Shown here in pieces: positions 24,894 to 39,429 of a stretch of 64,000 nucleotides of DNA. A program made the position numbers and the translations under genes. The first letter of the stretch is position 1. Each line of letters starts with the position of its first letter. Source of the stretch: Adineta vaga (Eukaryota > Animalia > Rotifera); assembly GCA_021613535.1 (NCBI GenBank), contig CP075493.1, forward strand, positions 12,958,001-13,022,000, in the 5' to 3' direction. The notes below the pieces were generated by a model that did not search any database, was not told the origin of the DNA, and was given only the letters and a program-made list of their open reading frames with translations.

Positions 24894-24973
24894 TTGAGGG
24901 TGTGGGTGGGTGTGGACATGGGTGTCGATGTGTGCAAGTTAGTATCTCTATCCAACCTCACTCACACCCTCAA
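24894..24973. mobile_element. 80-bp hairpin/MITE-like repeat, best preserved copy
   Basis: Perfect 11-bp inverted ends TTGAGGGTGTG / CACACCCTCAA, extending imperfectly inward. Confidence 0.6.
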
Positions 24974-25075
24974 TTCATCAGTTTGATCAAAACAATCAAA
25001 AATCCCATTACAAATCGCTGTATAAGAAAGACATTTTGTATTATTATCACAAATAAAACAATCTCCAAGCATTCT
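24974..25075 (-). pseudogene. LDL-receptor class A repeat fragment
   Basis: CFICDNNTKCLSYTAICNGIFDCFDQTDE matches the LDLa consensus and is cut off by the hairpin element. Confidence 0.55.
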
Positions 25076-25670
25076 ATAATCAGAACAAGCCAAAACATTC
25101 CGTTCATCACGACCTCCAACCAAGGGAGAAAAAGCGAGACTTCTACTCCAAAATACTGCGCGTACTTCAGTGGTACTTCCACGTACTTTACTGTACTTCA
25201 AATACTTCAAAAAGTATTTAAAGTATCGCTCTTTCCCCCTTACCTCCTACACAATCAATAACACTATCACCAATTTTAGAATTATCAATACACGATTGAG
25301 AAAACGTTCGATTTAAAAGATAATTAAACGTTATAAAAAAATATTCCATCTATAAATACATTTTAAGTAGCATAAGTTAAAAAGAAACGGAGAGAATAGA
25401 CTCTTCGTGTGAGTAAGTAGATGGAAGATGATTTATTCATACTTTCACACATCTATAATTCATATGTAGTCTATCATTTTTACGCATTTATCTATTTATA
25501 ATATACGTAGTATTTTATTTTTCGTTAACGAGTAACACGTGCGTTACGGATCAGTCATTATTCTATACAAACTTGTTATTACCTTGCGAGCAAAAAACAA
25601 AATAACTTCATCAAGGTAACGCAAAACATATAGTAATGAATGGATATTGAATCTGCGCACTTTTGAAACG

Positions 25671-26568
25671 ATGGCGTACTTTCCACCAACTTTTCTTGGT
25701 CGAGGATTATTGGGTTTAATAATCGCCTTATATATTTTACTATTGGTTTTGAATTTAATATCATTTGGAGGACTTGCATGGATTACTTATACTGATTATA
25801 ATATTCAATTTGGTCTTTGGCGTGTTTGTTCTGGTGCAGTATCAGCATCACGTACATGTAGTCAATGGTCTGGTGGTCAAAATACGATTGATGCAACTAC
25901 AAATGCGATTATTTTTAATGGAAAACCAGGCTTTATTCAAGCCGCTCAAGGTCTTGAAATTACTTCAATTATTTTCTATATTTTTGCTGGAATATTTCTT
26001 ATTTTGGGTATTATTGATCTTCAGAAATTATCTTTAGAAATAGCGTTTATAGTTGCAACTTCGCTTCTCTTTCTCACCGGTGAGTTTATATTCATTCAAA
26101 GAAAATTTATACATTTCTTTTTCGTTCGTAGTTATTTTTCTCTCAGCAGCGTTAGGTGTGATGAGTGTTCAAGGTCGTAGTAATCATCCTGGTGCATATC
26201 TTGATTGGGCTTGGTGGATTGGTCTTCTTGGTTTAATTGTTACTATAATCTGTATTGCATTACTCATTGTTTTTATTATTGATATTTATCGATCGAACAC
26301 ATCTAAAATGGACAATATAAATAATTCCCGTAATGTACAACAAAATTGGAATAATGTTATGCCAACAGTAGCGGGAGGGTTAGTATATCCACCACCTTAC
26401 CCTATATATCCATCCAACAATCAATGGATGCCAAACTATCCACCTCAACCTCCACCTTTCTATCCAAATTATCCATATCCTGGCTATAGTGGCATGTATG
26501 AACCACAAGCATCACCTTTTCTTGCAGGATTAGCTCGTCAACAACTCGCTAATATACGTCGATTTTAG
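25671..26568 (+). CDS. Claudin/PMP22/EMP-like tetraspan protein with a Pro/Tyr-rich tail
   Basis: W...GLWRVC...C signature, four hydrophobic segments and YLDWAWW. Intron 26080-26131. Confidence 0.85.
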
Positions 26569-26989
26569 AATTTATTCGAACAGTATTTGTTTCCTTTTTT
26601 TGTTTCTTCTTATATCTCAATTTCAAAATAATCTATGACATTCAAATGTTACGGACATAGACGTTTCAATGATGACAATAATAATGAACACAGCAGTATA
26701 AGAAGTTTCGTGAAAGTAAAGAAAATATTACATTATTACTGAATCCATTGAATAAATGAATATTTTGAATTTATGTAATCAAAAGCAATGATCAGTACGA
26801 AATTTATTGAAAGAAGTGTTACAAAGAATATCATACATATTATGATGTACATTGCTTCATCTAAACGAATTTAAATTAGTTCGAGAGTACTTACAATATG
26901 TACTAGATCAACCATTATCGTCTAGGTTTGTCATATGATTATCAATTCAAGGGATTACGAATTATAGAGCAAGAAGGAAATAACGAGAG

Positions 26990-27200
26990 TCTGATGTGAT
27001 ACATATTACAATAAAGGACATATTTATTTAGCTTTGGAATATGTCGAGAAATCATATAAATGAAACACTATGATACGGCGTTATTTTATTAGAGAAAATC
27101 ATGATAATCTTTGCGAAACATACTATGAGAAAGCATTGAAAATACGGACGAATGTTTCTATGTATTGATCATCCGAATCTCGTGTTATCGTACAAAAAGA
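26990..27200 (+). pseudogene. Degraded TPR remnant
   Basis: Broken-frame fragments LALEYVEKS, YYEKALKIR and DHPNL resemble the TPRs at 44.4 kb and 48 kb. Confidence 0.35.
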
Positions 27201-27894
27201 AAATCTGATTCTATTCGATTGAAAAGAAATTTATCAATATGTCTTCGCAAATCTAGAAACAAATTTTAACTAAACATCATTCTCATCTACTTGAGTTAGT
27301 TGTAATAAAAACAAATATGCAAGAATTTTGATTACAATTGATTTAGTGCAATTAATCTTATTTTATTTCCTTTTTTTCCTTTCATGATCTTTCAAAAGAG
27401 AGAAAAATCTTTTTGTAAAGTTTTGATGTTATAAAGCACATTAATATTCATCACGTTTCTTATCTTTGTCTATAGAGAGCGAATTAAATGTCATTTATAA
27501 TCTGAAACGTATATGATGGTACAATGAAACAATATAGAACTCTCGATATTATCACTGCAGTTATTTACTGCCAAACTTCGTCGTCATAGTACCGAAACAA
27601 TATATATATATATATATTTCACTCTTATCATTGATTAGAAACATTTATTTATTTCAAGGATTCAAATCAAATAATAAAAATAAGAACTAATCCTTATAAG
27701 ATATTTGCACACGAAATGCCTTGTCAGAATAAAATAAAGATAAAACAACTGGTTGAATGTGAGAGAGTGAAAAGAAGAGAACGAGCAATCTTTTATCTCT
27801 ACAATGTATAGAAGATGTATGTTATCAAAAGTTTTAAATACGATAAATAAATTTCGAATCTAAAGAGAGTTATTGTAAAAAAATTTGGTACAAA

Positions 27895-29769
27895 ATGAGT
27901 ACTTACGATGATATTCAAATGAACAATGTAAGCAATATGGAATTGAAGACTACGGAATGGATTGATCAATCTGTTGAAGATGAACCAACAGCTGAAGAAT
28001 CAACAACATTAGAACATATTTCTGATCGAATACCAATAGCAGCTTGGTTAATTGTTGTCTGCGAATTATGTGAACGTTTTGCTTTTTATGGTCTGTCTGG
28101 TCCTTTTCAAAATTATATTCAATTTCCTCCAGCTAATGAAAATAATACACAACCAGGTGCTCTCGATCGCGGTCAACAGACAGCAACTGCCTTAACAACA
28201 TATTTTCAATTTTTTGCATATTTGACACCGATTGCTGGTGCTATTCTAGCTGATCAATTTTGGGGCAAATATAAAACGATTATGATCGCATGTTGTATCT
28301 ATATGTTTGGACTACTCGTGCTTGTATTGTCGAGTATACCACCCTCTATTAATGCAGGTATCGCCTTTCCTGGATTAATCGTTGCAATGACTATTATCGG
28401 TATGGGAACTGGTGGTGTGAAGAGTAATGTCAGTCCATTGATGGCTGAGCAGTATACTGTAACAAAAGCAGTCGTTAAAGGTAAGAAGCGATTGATAATT
28501 AGCATGAAAATTCATCTGACTATGTTTCTGCTCTTTGTTTAGTGGTCAAAGGTAAAAAGAAGATTGTCGATCCAAAAGTGTAAGTTCTCCAAATTTTCAT
28601 CTTCTGCATCATATTGTACTTCTTTTTTTCAAGAACGGTACAATCAATGTTCAATTGGTTCTATTGGGCTATCAATATAGGCGCCATCTCATCGATTGCA
28701 ACGACCAATATTGAAAAATATCATTCATTTTGGCTTGCATATCTTGTTCCTTTGGTTGTTTTTACTGGTTCGATTGTTGTTTTAATTTTTGGTCGAAAAC
28801 GATACATTCTTTCACCACCAACGGGTTCATTACTTCTTCGTGCAGGTCGTGTTTTAATTAAAGCAATTCGAATGCGATCACAACTCGGTAAACAATACGA
28901 TCGACCTGCTCTTTTAGATTATGCTAAAGAAACTCCACCGAGCACGAATGAGAATGAAGAAGAAAGAATAGCAATAATGAATGACAATCAATTTATTGAT
29001 GATCTGAAACAAGCAGGAAGAGCTTGTCGTGTTTTTCTCTTCTATCCATTCTATTGGATTTGTTATAATCAATTAGGAACTAATTTAGTATCTCAAGCTG
29101 CACAAATGAATGTTGGTAAGTTATTAAATTTCTTTCTTTTGATTAGTGTAGATAAGTCAACATATATGTTGTCTCTTTGCAGGTCCTTTACCTAATGATG
29201 TCTTACAGAATATTGATCCACTTGTATTGATTGTATTCATTCCAATTTTTGATCAATTCATCTATCCTACTTTACGACGATTAAAAATTAATTTTCCATC
29301 TATTACTCGTATTACTTGTGGTTTCCTCTGTGTTTCTATTGCTATGGCATGGGCGGCATTTGTTCAACATCGGATCTATTCGACTGGACCTAATTATGAC
29401 TATGGAATAAAGCCATGCGACGGTTGTCAACGATACAACGATATTGTTGTTGCTTGGCAAATTCCAACTTATTTTTTCATTGCCATATCAGAAATCTTTG
29501 CTTCAATTACTGGTCTCGAATATGCATTCACTCAAGCACCTGCTTCGATGAAATCAATCGTGATGTCACTCTTCTTATTTACATCGGCCATTGGTAGTAT
29601 TCTAGGCTTTGCGCTTGTACCATTCACAATCAATCCAAAACTTTTATGGATGTATGCCTCATTATCCATTATGTCATTTTGTGTCGGCATTATATTTTTT
29701 CTTGTCTTTCGAAATAATGGGAAAAAAGTACGTGTAGTACCACCTGTGGACAAAGAAATGAGTTTTTAA
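27895..29769 (+). CDS. POT/PTR2 proton-dependent oligopeptide transporter (fungal-like), 4 exons
   Basis: ELCERFAFYG, PIAGAILADQFWGKYKTI, GTGGVKSNVSP, FYWAINIG and GLEYAFTQAPASMKS. Introns 28481-28542, 28580-28633 and 29116-29182 are all frame-consistent. Confidence 0.92.
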
Positions 29770-31041
29770 TATACGGTATGTGATCTATGACTGCGTTCTT
29801 TATATTTTAGTCTGCCTCGTTAGATTTGATGTAGAATGATCATGATTGTTTGTGAAGTATTGTTAATAATAAAGAACGTGATACATTTACTTTGAATAAA
29901 TTCATAAGATTAATTTATATAAATGTTAAATAACAAATTTTTGTTTTGTCACTTGACTATTGCTATGATACTATCGGTGACTTTGAAAATTATTTAGGTG
30001 AATATTTTTTCTCTGTAGTTTACTGTAAGTCTACGTATTTATTATAGGAATTTCATCATCTAATCAACCAAATTTAAGTTCATGCGCAGTATGTAATATG
30101 AATGCAGTTACGTTAGCTGATGAAAATTTGATTGGTCAACTATAATAGGATATAACGAATCGTTCACACAAAATAAAACTATTTCGGACGATATTAATAA
30201 TCTGTGGAGTCTTTTTTTTCACAGATATTGGCGATATTTTTGTTGATAATGGATATGATAATCATCGAAAATATGTTTTAATCGAACTTTTTTCTTCATC
30301 TTTAGAATGTGTTGACTCTTATCAGATTGTCCTTCAGTAACGTTTGAATTTTAGAAATCTAAATAGATTTATTTTATAATCAAAATCACCTGTCTTCGAA
30401 ATAAATATTGTCACACTCATTTTTCTACGTCAAAAGATTTAATTGATACTACCAATAAATATCAGAACCAGGAATTGTACATTTTTCAGGCCATAAGACA
30501 AATACTTATGGTAATACTCACTACTTCCAGCAGCATGCACACAGTATAGCGAGCTATCGTTAAATCAAATACTGAATCAAGATTTCGATATCTACCAAGT
30601 TTTATCATACCAATTAGAAACATGAGAGAAACACAGGCAACATCTTATTACCGACATGATTGGTCATCATGTATGAGATATTATCATACATCGGCAAATA
30701 CGTCATATTTAATGTTGGTATTAAAAATCATATGGATGATATCTGTACTGTGTTAATTCTTATGTAATTCCCAGTTATGGTTTACTCAAATATAATAACC
30801 AAGGTGTCGAGTTCTATCTTGGTCTAACGTATGAGCGAATATTTTTGAGAAAAACTCGAATCTCAAGATAAGATATCTTACATATATATATTTCCGTATT
30901 GTGTATGAGACTACAATACAAAATTATCACCTTCATCGGTAAGCATATCCTATATTTATTTATTTGCAAAGCGGAGAGTAAATTATTCGTAAGTGTCTTT
31001 CAAGCATTGGTCAAATAAAGATTGAAAAAGCTGACATAAAA

Positions 31042-32792
31042 TTAGCATATGTTGAGAGAGATATCGACAGTTGCACTATTGGAACCAGTGGCAACAACGT
31101 CCAACCGATCGTCACGATTAAAATCACCAACAGCAATAGTACATGGTCCGTTTCCTGTGGGAAAAACCATTTGTGTTTCAAAAGTTCCATTACCTGATCC
31201 AAGGAATACACTGAAAGAATTGTCATCTCGATTAGCAACAATAAGATCCAAGTAATTGTCACTGTTGAGATCGTGAATAGCTATGTATTCGGAGCAAGCA
31301 GGAGTTTTGTAAGCCAATTGTTCACCGAAACTACCATTTCCATACCCACGTAAGACGTACATGATCTTAGCGGAACAGCTAGCAATTGCGAGATCTAGGT
31401 ATGTGTCGCCATCAAAATCGCCAGCAGCCATTGCCTCTAGACCTTCAACAGTTGATGAAGAAATTGCTGTTTCGAACGTGCCATTACCATATCCCAGAAA
31501 AATTTCCACGGGAGAATAGGTTATACGCGCAACAGCAATGTCAATGTTGTTATCGTTATTAAAGTCCCCAACAGTTAGTCCCAATGTGAACGCTTTGGTT
31601 TCGAAAGATATTTTCGTTCCAAAACTTCCATTACCATCCGCAAGGAACACATCACAAATAGAATCAGTTATCACGATTATGTCCATATAATCATCATTAT
31701 TCAGATCGGCAACAGCCATTCCGTTTGGAGAATCGCTAATTGCAAAACTTCGTAGTAAATTGAAACGGCCATCACCATAACCAAATAGTACGCTAACATC
31801 ATTCCAATTGCTGGCAGTGATAACATCTAAATGTTTGTCATTGTTCAAATCAGCAACAACCATTTGACGTGGAGGTCTATTTGTTAAAAAACTTATCGAT
31901 GGTTTGAAAGTTCCACTCCCATAACCGAACAGTATGGAAATACTCTCGTCAGAACCTGTATTAGCAATAAGATCCGTTCGATTATCGCCGTTAAAATCTC
32001 CAGCTACAACCATTCTTGTCCCCTCTTGAAGTTTATATGAAATATGTGGAGCGAATGCCAATAACTGACAGGTCGGACCTGTAAATCAACCAAAAATATC
32101 AATTTTCTCATATGTTTAACTAATTTGTTCATTATACAACATAATTTCTAACGGTATCTTAAGTATAAAAATTGAATTATTATTGAAAATACTTACGTTG
32201 TGACAATACACAAGGAATGTTTTCCGTCGTTGTCACTATTGTCGTTGTCATTTGTATTCCTAAATATTCAATAGAAATTTCACATATGATTATAGAAGAT
32301 ATTGAATCATCAATATAATATAGATGAATTCTCTAACATGTATATTCTTGTCACGATAACACTTGCAATGATTGGATTCTCAATAACTCTTTTGCGCAGA
32401 ATATATAAAGTCAAATCATATGTACCCGCTAAAGTTGTTGGTGATTGGTAATGTTTGAAACCAAGAGGCACGACGATAGTTGCAGCCATAATACATCCGC
32501 CAATGAAACTTCCAATCGTGGTTAGTAAAATATATGTTACTAAGAAGTGTCGTCTTAAATCAAACAGTCGCTCGTTCAAAAGCAATATACAAATTATAGA
32601 TTGATACTAACATTTTGTCAAATCTTGATAAAGTTGAGACAGGATTGATCGTATCCTGATTTTCATCGGATGGATGAACACGAGCCTAGATAATAGAAAA
32701 ATTAATAGTTAATACATTGATAGTAGCATTTCCAAAAGGAACATCTATTCCGAGAACTTTTGTTCATATCAGAGATATTTACTTACTGACAT
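31042..32792 (-). CDS. Membrane-anchored FG-GAP/VCBS repeat protein, multi-exon
   Basis: Seven DF/LNxDxxxD repeats with GYGNGTF linkers in 31042-32061. Upstream TM exon (about 32430-32555), Thr-rich exon (about 32197-32259) and micro-exon ATG at 32792. Confidence 0.8.
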
Positions 32793-33705
32793 TATATCGG
32801 TAATAGTTAATATGGAAATATGTAGATCTTCTAAATGAAATGAAAAAAAAACGACAATTATAATGAAGATAAACTATGATTTTATTCATTTTGATATCCT
32901 TTTATTCTCGTAGGCAGTATATACGAGAAAGAAATAGAACGGAAATAGATAAAAACTAAAAACATGATTACATACAAAACAAGTAGGCAAGATCATGTTA
33001 AACATAATCTTCACTGTATAGCTAAAAAATTTCAATTATTGTGGTTATCACTTTAATCTTTTGGAGGAGTTATCATAGTTTTTCAAATGCTACTCTGCCA
33101 TATCAGATTAAACGAGCTTGATCCCTATATGACAACTGTGTTATTTTATATTTTACAGGAAAATAACTTGATTTCATTTACAAGAATTTAATGACATATG
33201 TTCACGATTCAATATTATTTTATTATTTGAAATGTGGTAACAGAAAATTTGACATATTTTTTTATGTTTCATGATTTTGTTCTCTAAATTGACTTCCTTT
33301 CCTGATCTTTTTAAAAAAAAATTCATTATCACAATACTTATGATATAGATTATATATAGTGAAACAAAACACATGTCGATTAAGAAATAACAATATCAGT
33401 TCTCAAAAGAATATGTTAATTACAAAAATGGTAAGTTATCTAATAGAATTTATGTTAGTATCAAATCTATAAGGTATACTGAGATGACATGTGATTGAAA
33501 ATTTCTATTAGAAAATTGAGCATAAAACGTATTACCTCATCGTTTTTTCAATTAAGTTTTAACACAGAATATATCACTTAGATTTGTTTTTTTGAGAGTG
33601 CACCATAGTCATTTGCTCATACTGACTTGACTTGATATAGGTAAATTAAATCATTTTTTTTAGAACACAGAAAAAAATCAGAAAGTCATCACTTCTTCAA
33701 ATGGA

Positions 33706-36700
33706 ATGGCAAATATACGGCTTGTTCAATGGTTAATTAAGCTTAATCTATTCGAAACGAATGCTACAGATAATCGAAGCATACAGATTCAGCGTTGGTC
33801 TACTCGTTTCTATATTATCATTCTTTTATTAGCAGTGTGTATTCTTAGTATTTACAGTTTAGTTAAAGGCACTCCTCAAAATATTGTCATACAATATCCG
33901 ACATTAAGTTTATATAATAAATTAGAAAAGAAATATTCTCTAAACTGTCCTTGTTCAAATGTATCTATTGCCTACGAGCAGTTTGTACAATTCACACCTC
34001 GATACTATGAAATTTGTTCGAGCGATTTTGTTACGCAACGGTGGATCGATTATTTATACGATCCAACAACAACACCTTTCTACTATCACGTAGATTTTCG
34101 ACTGACTGCTAGTCTACAGTTCCGACTTCTTCGTGTTCTTTGTCAACAGAGTATGCAAGCAATTAATGACAATCTTCGTTTATTTAACAAAACAAAATTT
34201 ATTAACGCTCATCTTCTAAGCAAAAAGGTTTTCCATGTTGAAATGGAAGCATATGTTAAGGCTTTCCAAACAAGCACACTCAACAGATTTACTCATACAT
34301 TCGATTTTGTTCGTAACCTTTCGTACAGCAATACTCTTCTATCCGTAACTCGCAGTGATTATCCATTTGTACTCCTGAACAATGGTAGTTATTGGTTTTC
34401 TGGCATCGGTTTGAGCTGCATGTATGATCTGAACATTGTTTGTCGTTATTGTTCAGTATATTCAGATATCAAAGCAAACGCAGGTTTTCTCCCTGAAAAC
34501 CCATATGCTCGTGGTTATGCCTACAAATATCCATATCAAGATGTTGTGGATGGATGGTATATTGGTTGTCTGCCTACTGATTCACTTCTTTATTCGACAC
34601 TGAAAAGCTTTTATAATCAGACAGCAATCAATACATTTTTATTGTTCTTTCGAAATTCATCACACTGTTTTAAATGTCTCAATAACAGTCGTACCAATAT
34701 CGTTTCTTTGATACGAACTCCGCTCAAAACTATTATTAGAAAGAGTTTTATTGAAGAATGGAATGACAACATCAACTATGAGCTATATTTTCACATGTGT
34801 GCACCAAAGTCATGTGCTTATACAATTGACGAGCATATTTTGTATACCATCAGTTCTGTACTTGGATTATATGGGGGAATGACGATTATTCTTCGTTTTG
34901 TTATTCCGATGATAGTGAACTTGCTGATGTCGCGCAAACAGAGAGAATCTAGAACGAACGACACATTAAATTGGTTTGGAAAATTGAAGCGTCTCTTACG
35001 TGAATTGAATCTTTTTAAATCGGCGATTCGTACTCAACCTTATGATATTTATCAACAGCGATGGTCAACTCGACTTTACATTATATCTCTTGTTTTGACT
35101 CTTAGCATCATTCTAATATGCCTAATGCTGATCGAAGAGCCAAGATTAACACATCGAGACGAACTTTCATTTGAAATTGTATCAAAGTTACAAGAACAAG
35201 ATTTTTCGTCATCTCTTCAATGTCCATGTTCACAAATGTCAATATCATTAAAAAATATCATTAAGTTCAATATAACGTACCATGAAGTATGTTCGAATAA
35301 ACGTTTTTTAGAAAGCTTATATATAGATCTTACGGCATATAGTGGCAATATATTATTTGGCAATCTTCGAAAAGATGGATCTCTTTTCAAAGTTCTCAAA
35401 TTATTTTGTGAACTATCAGAAATAACAGTCAATAATGCACTTCATGAATTTAACGAAACACAATTAGTCACTGAAAACCTTTTGACATATGACGTATTCT
35501 TGTCTCGCGTGAAATCGAGAGTATCAAACTTTATGTCAGTCATACCCAATCGATTTTTTGATATTCTTATGCTTACGAAAGAAACAACACGCGCTAATCA
35601 ATTGATTGCTATAATTTCAACAAATTATCAACTTGTTGTTCGGAATACTGCAAATCACGTGGCAGTAAATCTGACGATCATTGATCGATTTTGGAATGAA
35701 CACAATCAATCGTGCTCAAACTTCATCGATCGAGAATGTAAAAAACAATATTCCATAAATAATACCACCAGTTGTAATAGCAGTGAACAACTGTTGATGG
35801 TAGATGGTTTATATGCTTCTTTTTACCCTGTTGAGTCTTTACTATTATCGCAATTGCAATCCCTTTATAACGCTTCGTTCGTACACTTATTTCAAAAACG
35901 ATTGTGCTACACCCCCGAGGATAAGTTTTTCAAAGCACTCTCAAAACCAAGTCGTTTTCTAATTAATGCCACATTTCTTTCGCTTGTAAATGATTTGTTC
36001 ATCGAATCATGGAACTCAACATACAATTATATATCCTATTTCGAACAATGCAAGCCAGTGAAATGTTCCTACACAATTCACGAAAAACTCACTTTTTTCG
36101 CAGCTACTTCGACTGTCATCAGTTTATTTAGTGGCTTATCTGCTCTATTACGATTTTTAGCTCCAATAATCGTGATCATTATTCTTACCCGTGTTTGCCA
36201 ACAGAAACATCGAGATGAAAGTTCAGAAACCATTTCGACGCACGGTAAGTTTGCTTTTCTAAAAGTAAACCACAAATTATGAAACACTAAGATCTTTCAA
36301 TGATTATGAACTTAGAAGATTATTAGATTGGAGAAATAGTTACTCATTTTCTTATTATATATCTAACAAAAAAAAATAACATATATATCAGTGTAGATCA
36401 TTGTCGTATTCAAACTTTGATTATAAAACTGTGGAACAAATTCTATAAAATTATGATTACACTTAATACATTTGAAAATGTGAACAAACCACATCCTCCT
36501 GAAGAGGAATTACGTACTCAACGACGATTGACACGTATCTACATATTTATTCTTATTTTAATACTCAGTATTGTTTTGGTTTTTTCTGCATTTATTTATC
36601 AAATAAAATCAATTAGTATAAACAAACCGACGTTCGATAGTTATAAAAATTTCCGACAAGCAATCGATTGTCCATGTACGAATATAACTATTCCTTATCA

Positions 36701-37691
36701 TCTATTTATGAACTTGGAGATGTCATTTCATGAAGTATGTTCAAGTGATTTCATCAATTCATCTAGCAAATGGAGAAAAATGTTGTATTCATCATTTCTT
36801 CAAGAAATCAACTCTAGCGATAACATAATTACTTTTCAACGTATGGCTCTTGCGCATTTTCAGTCTATAGAAATTATCTGTGAAACTGTTATTCGTGTTG
36901 CCAAAAATGAACTTTCTATCTTCTTGAATTCAACTTTTATCTCTACTAGTATGATCGAATACGATGTATTTCAGAAACAAATAGATGCTACAATGGTTAA
37001 TTTTAAAACGAATTCATTATCATCAAATTATCTTCTTGCACTTGAATTAATTCGTGCTATATATTCAACTAATGCTTTTATTTCAGCATTTGGTACCAAC
37101 TGGTTTCCAGTAATCCGAGAAGTACGACACAATGAAAAAATTTATATGCGTCCTCAAGAATACAACCGATCATCATGTAATTGTGCAACGTCTACAACAT
37201 GCGTACAAACAATGACTTTGAAACGTAAGTCAGAACCATTATGGCCAGTACCTGGAATGTTATCTGGTTGTTTACCATTGGATTCAATGCTTGAATCAAC
37301 TATGGAATGTTTATATGACCAAACATGTCTTGATATGATAAGTAACACATTAAATTCTTCTACACACTACATTGCATTCAATATCAATCGTACTCGTTTT
37401 CGTCCAATCAATAGCTATAAACTCAATAGGATTGTCAAAGAATTTCTCATTGAGAATTGGACCGAAGTTATTTCGTATGAATCCTTTTTCAACGCATGTC
37501 ATATATATACATGTTCATATACAATTTCCAAACGTTTTAATATTTTATATATGGCACAAAAATTAATCACTTTTTATGGTGGTCTGAAGCTTATACTTCA
37601 ACTTACTATTCCTCTATCCTACAAATTTGGCTGCATGATTTACTTAAAATATAAAAATCGACAAGTACTACCTATTAATAACTCTGAATAA
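33706..37691 (+). CDS. Membrane protein made of three tandem Cys-rich 2-TM modules (same family as 15538-22099, no FG-GAP)
   Basis: Three repeats of LNLF..QRWSTR-TM..CPC..ICSS..GCLP..IEEW..YF..C.P..C.Y-TM(GLYGG). Intron 36245-36396 is in frame. Confidence 0.85.
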
Positions 37692-37884
37692 TGCATGAAA
37701 GTGTATACCTTTTTTGATCAACATCTTCAAATTAGTCGTACTAAAAAAAATAACAAAACGTTTACCTTTACACATTTCAAATGAAAATAAGATATGATTC
37801 AGTATGTGCAGATAAGAATAGTGAAAGAAAGCATGTTGATAAATTTCAGATGCTTTTTACTTTTTAAATTCTTCTCTTGAATCG

Positions 37885-39429
37885 ATGCATTCTATTCAGT
37901 TCATAAGATATTTTACTATTTTCTATATACTTTTCGAAGTCAAAATCTCCTACGGTGTCATTCAGTATGGAATTACACCTGGTGGTTTTTCTTCTGCTCC
38001 AAAAGGTTGGAATAGTTTTCCCATGCAAAGTCTTGGTATGAAATTTAATCAGGAAAATGTCATCAAACAATGTGATCAACTAGTCAATACACTCGGAGGT
38101 TATGGTTACGACCTATGCTCATTAGATTCTGGTTGGTCCGTAGGCGCCGAAGGTGATGAGTATGGTCGAATTATTTATGATAGTTCAATCTTCAACATTC
38201 CTCAACTCGCAGACTATCTTCATAGCAAAAATTTAAAGTTGGGTATATATGTCGTACCTGGCTATTTTGCCAATGATGTAAATAAGTTTGTGTTCGGTAC
38301 TAACTATACTCTCTCACAGATTGGTAATGGACATAATAATGGATTGGCTAGAATTGATCTCAACTATAGTCATCCTGGAGCTCAACTATGGTGTAACTCC
38401 GTTGTCGATCAATTTGCACAATGGTAAGTATATTACATATGTGTTTTAGTCGATAATCGAGTGTAGAATATCACTTTGATTACTTTCAGGGGTGTAGATA
38501 TGATCAAACTCGATTATGTTACTCCCGGAAGTCCTGACAATGGTGTTAATCTTCTGAAAGACAACAGCGGAATTGTAGTATGCTATCATAATGCTATTGC
38601 ACAACAAAAACGTCCAATTCGATTAGGCATATCATGGAAACTTTCCCGTGATGAACCTTACTATACTATTTGGAGTGCTAAGTAAGCTTATTCTTCAATA
38701 TGCTTAATCATCTAACGATATATCATTATTTTGTATAGTGCGGATACTATACGTACAGATCAAGATTTAAATGGTGCTCCTGGTATACAAACTCAATGGT
38801 CAACTGTGCAACGTGCTATCGAACAGTACCGTGAATATATGGTACAAGTCAGTAGACGAAACATAACTCTTCTAACACTTTATCCAGATATGGATAATCT
38901 TTTCGTTGGTAATAATGGTTCACGAAGTGGTCTCACTAATACTCAACGTCAAACTGTGATGAGTCATTGGATTGGAGCAGGTGCAAACCTTATCATTGGC
39001 TCAAACATGACCGAATTGGATGACTATGGCTTAGCACTTCTAACTAATAAACGCGCGTTGTACATTGCCAATAATTTCACTTCGAAATATCCCATGTTTC
39101 CTACACAAGGAAACAACAATCCATCTCGAGGTCGTCAGGGACAGATGTGGATTGCAGGACCTACAACGAACTTAGATGCTGCAGTAATCTTAGTTGCAAA
39201 CTACGGAAATTCAGGCAATAACAATTTATTTGATCCTGTTCCCATTCAGAGTTGGTGGTCTTACAATTTCACTTTCAGCGACTTTGGACTTGTTGCCCAG
39301 ACGACTTATGCTGTAGAGAATGTTTGGGATACAGATGCTGATTTTACAGCCCGAGGAAACGAAATTATTACGGGAACATTGCAAGATTCTGAAGTTAAAT
39401 TTTGGAGAGTTACAAAATTAGAAACATAA
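37885..39429 (+). CDS. Secreted glycoside hydrolase family 27 alpha-galactosidase, fungal/bacterial type, 3 exons
   Basis: GWNSF, LDSGW, LKLGIY, W-GVDMIKLDY (nucleophile Asp), RTDQD and YPDMDNL. Introns 38424-38489 and 38681-38738. Confidence 0.9.
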
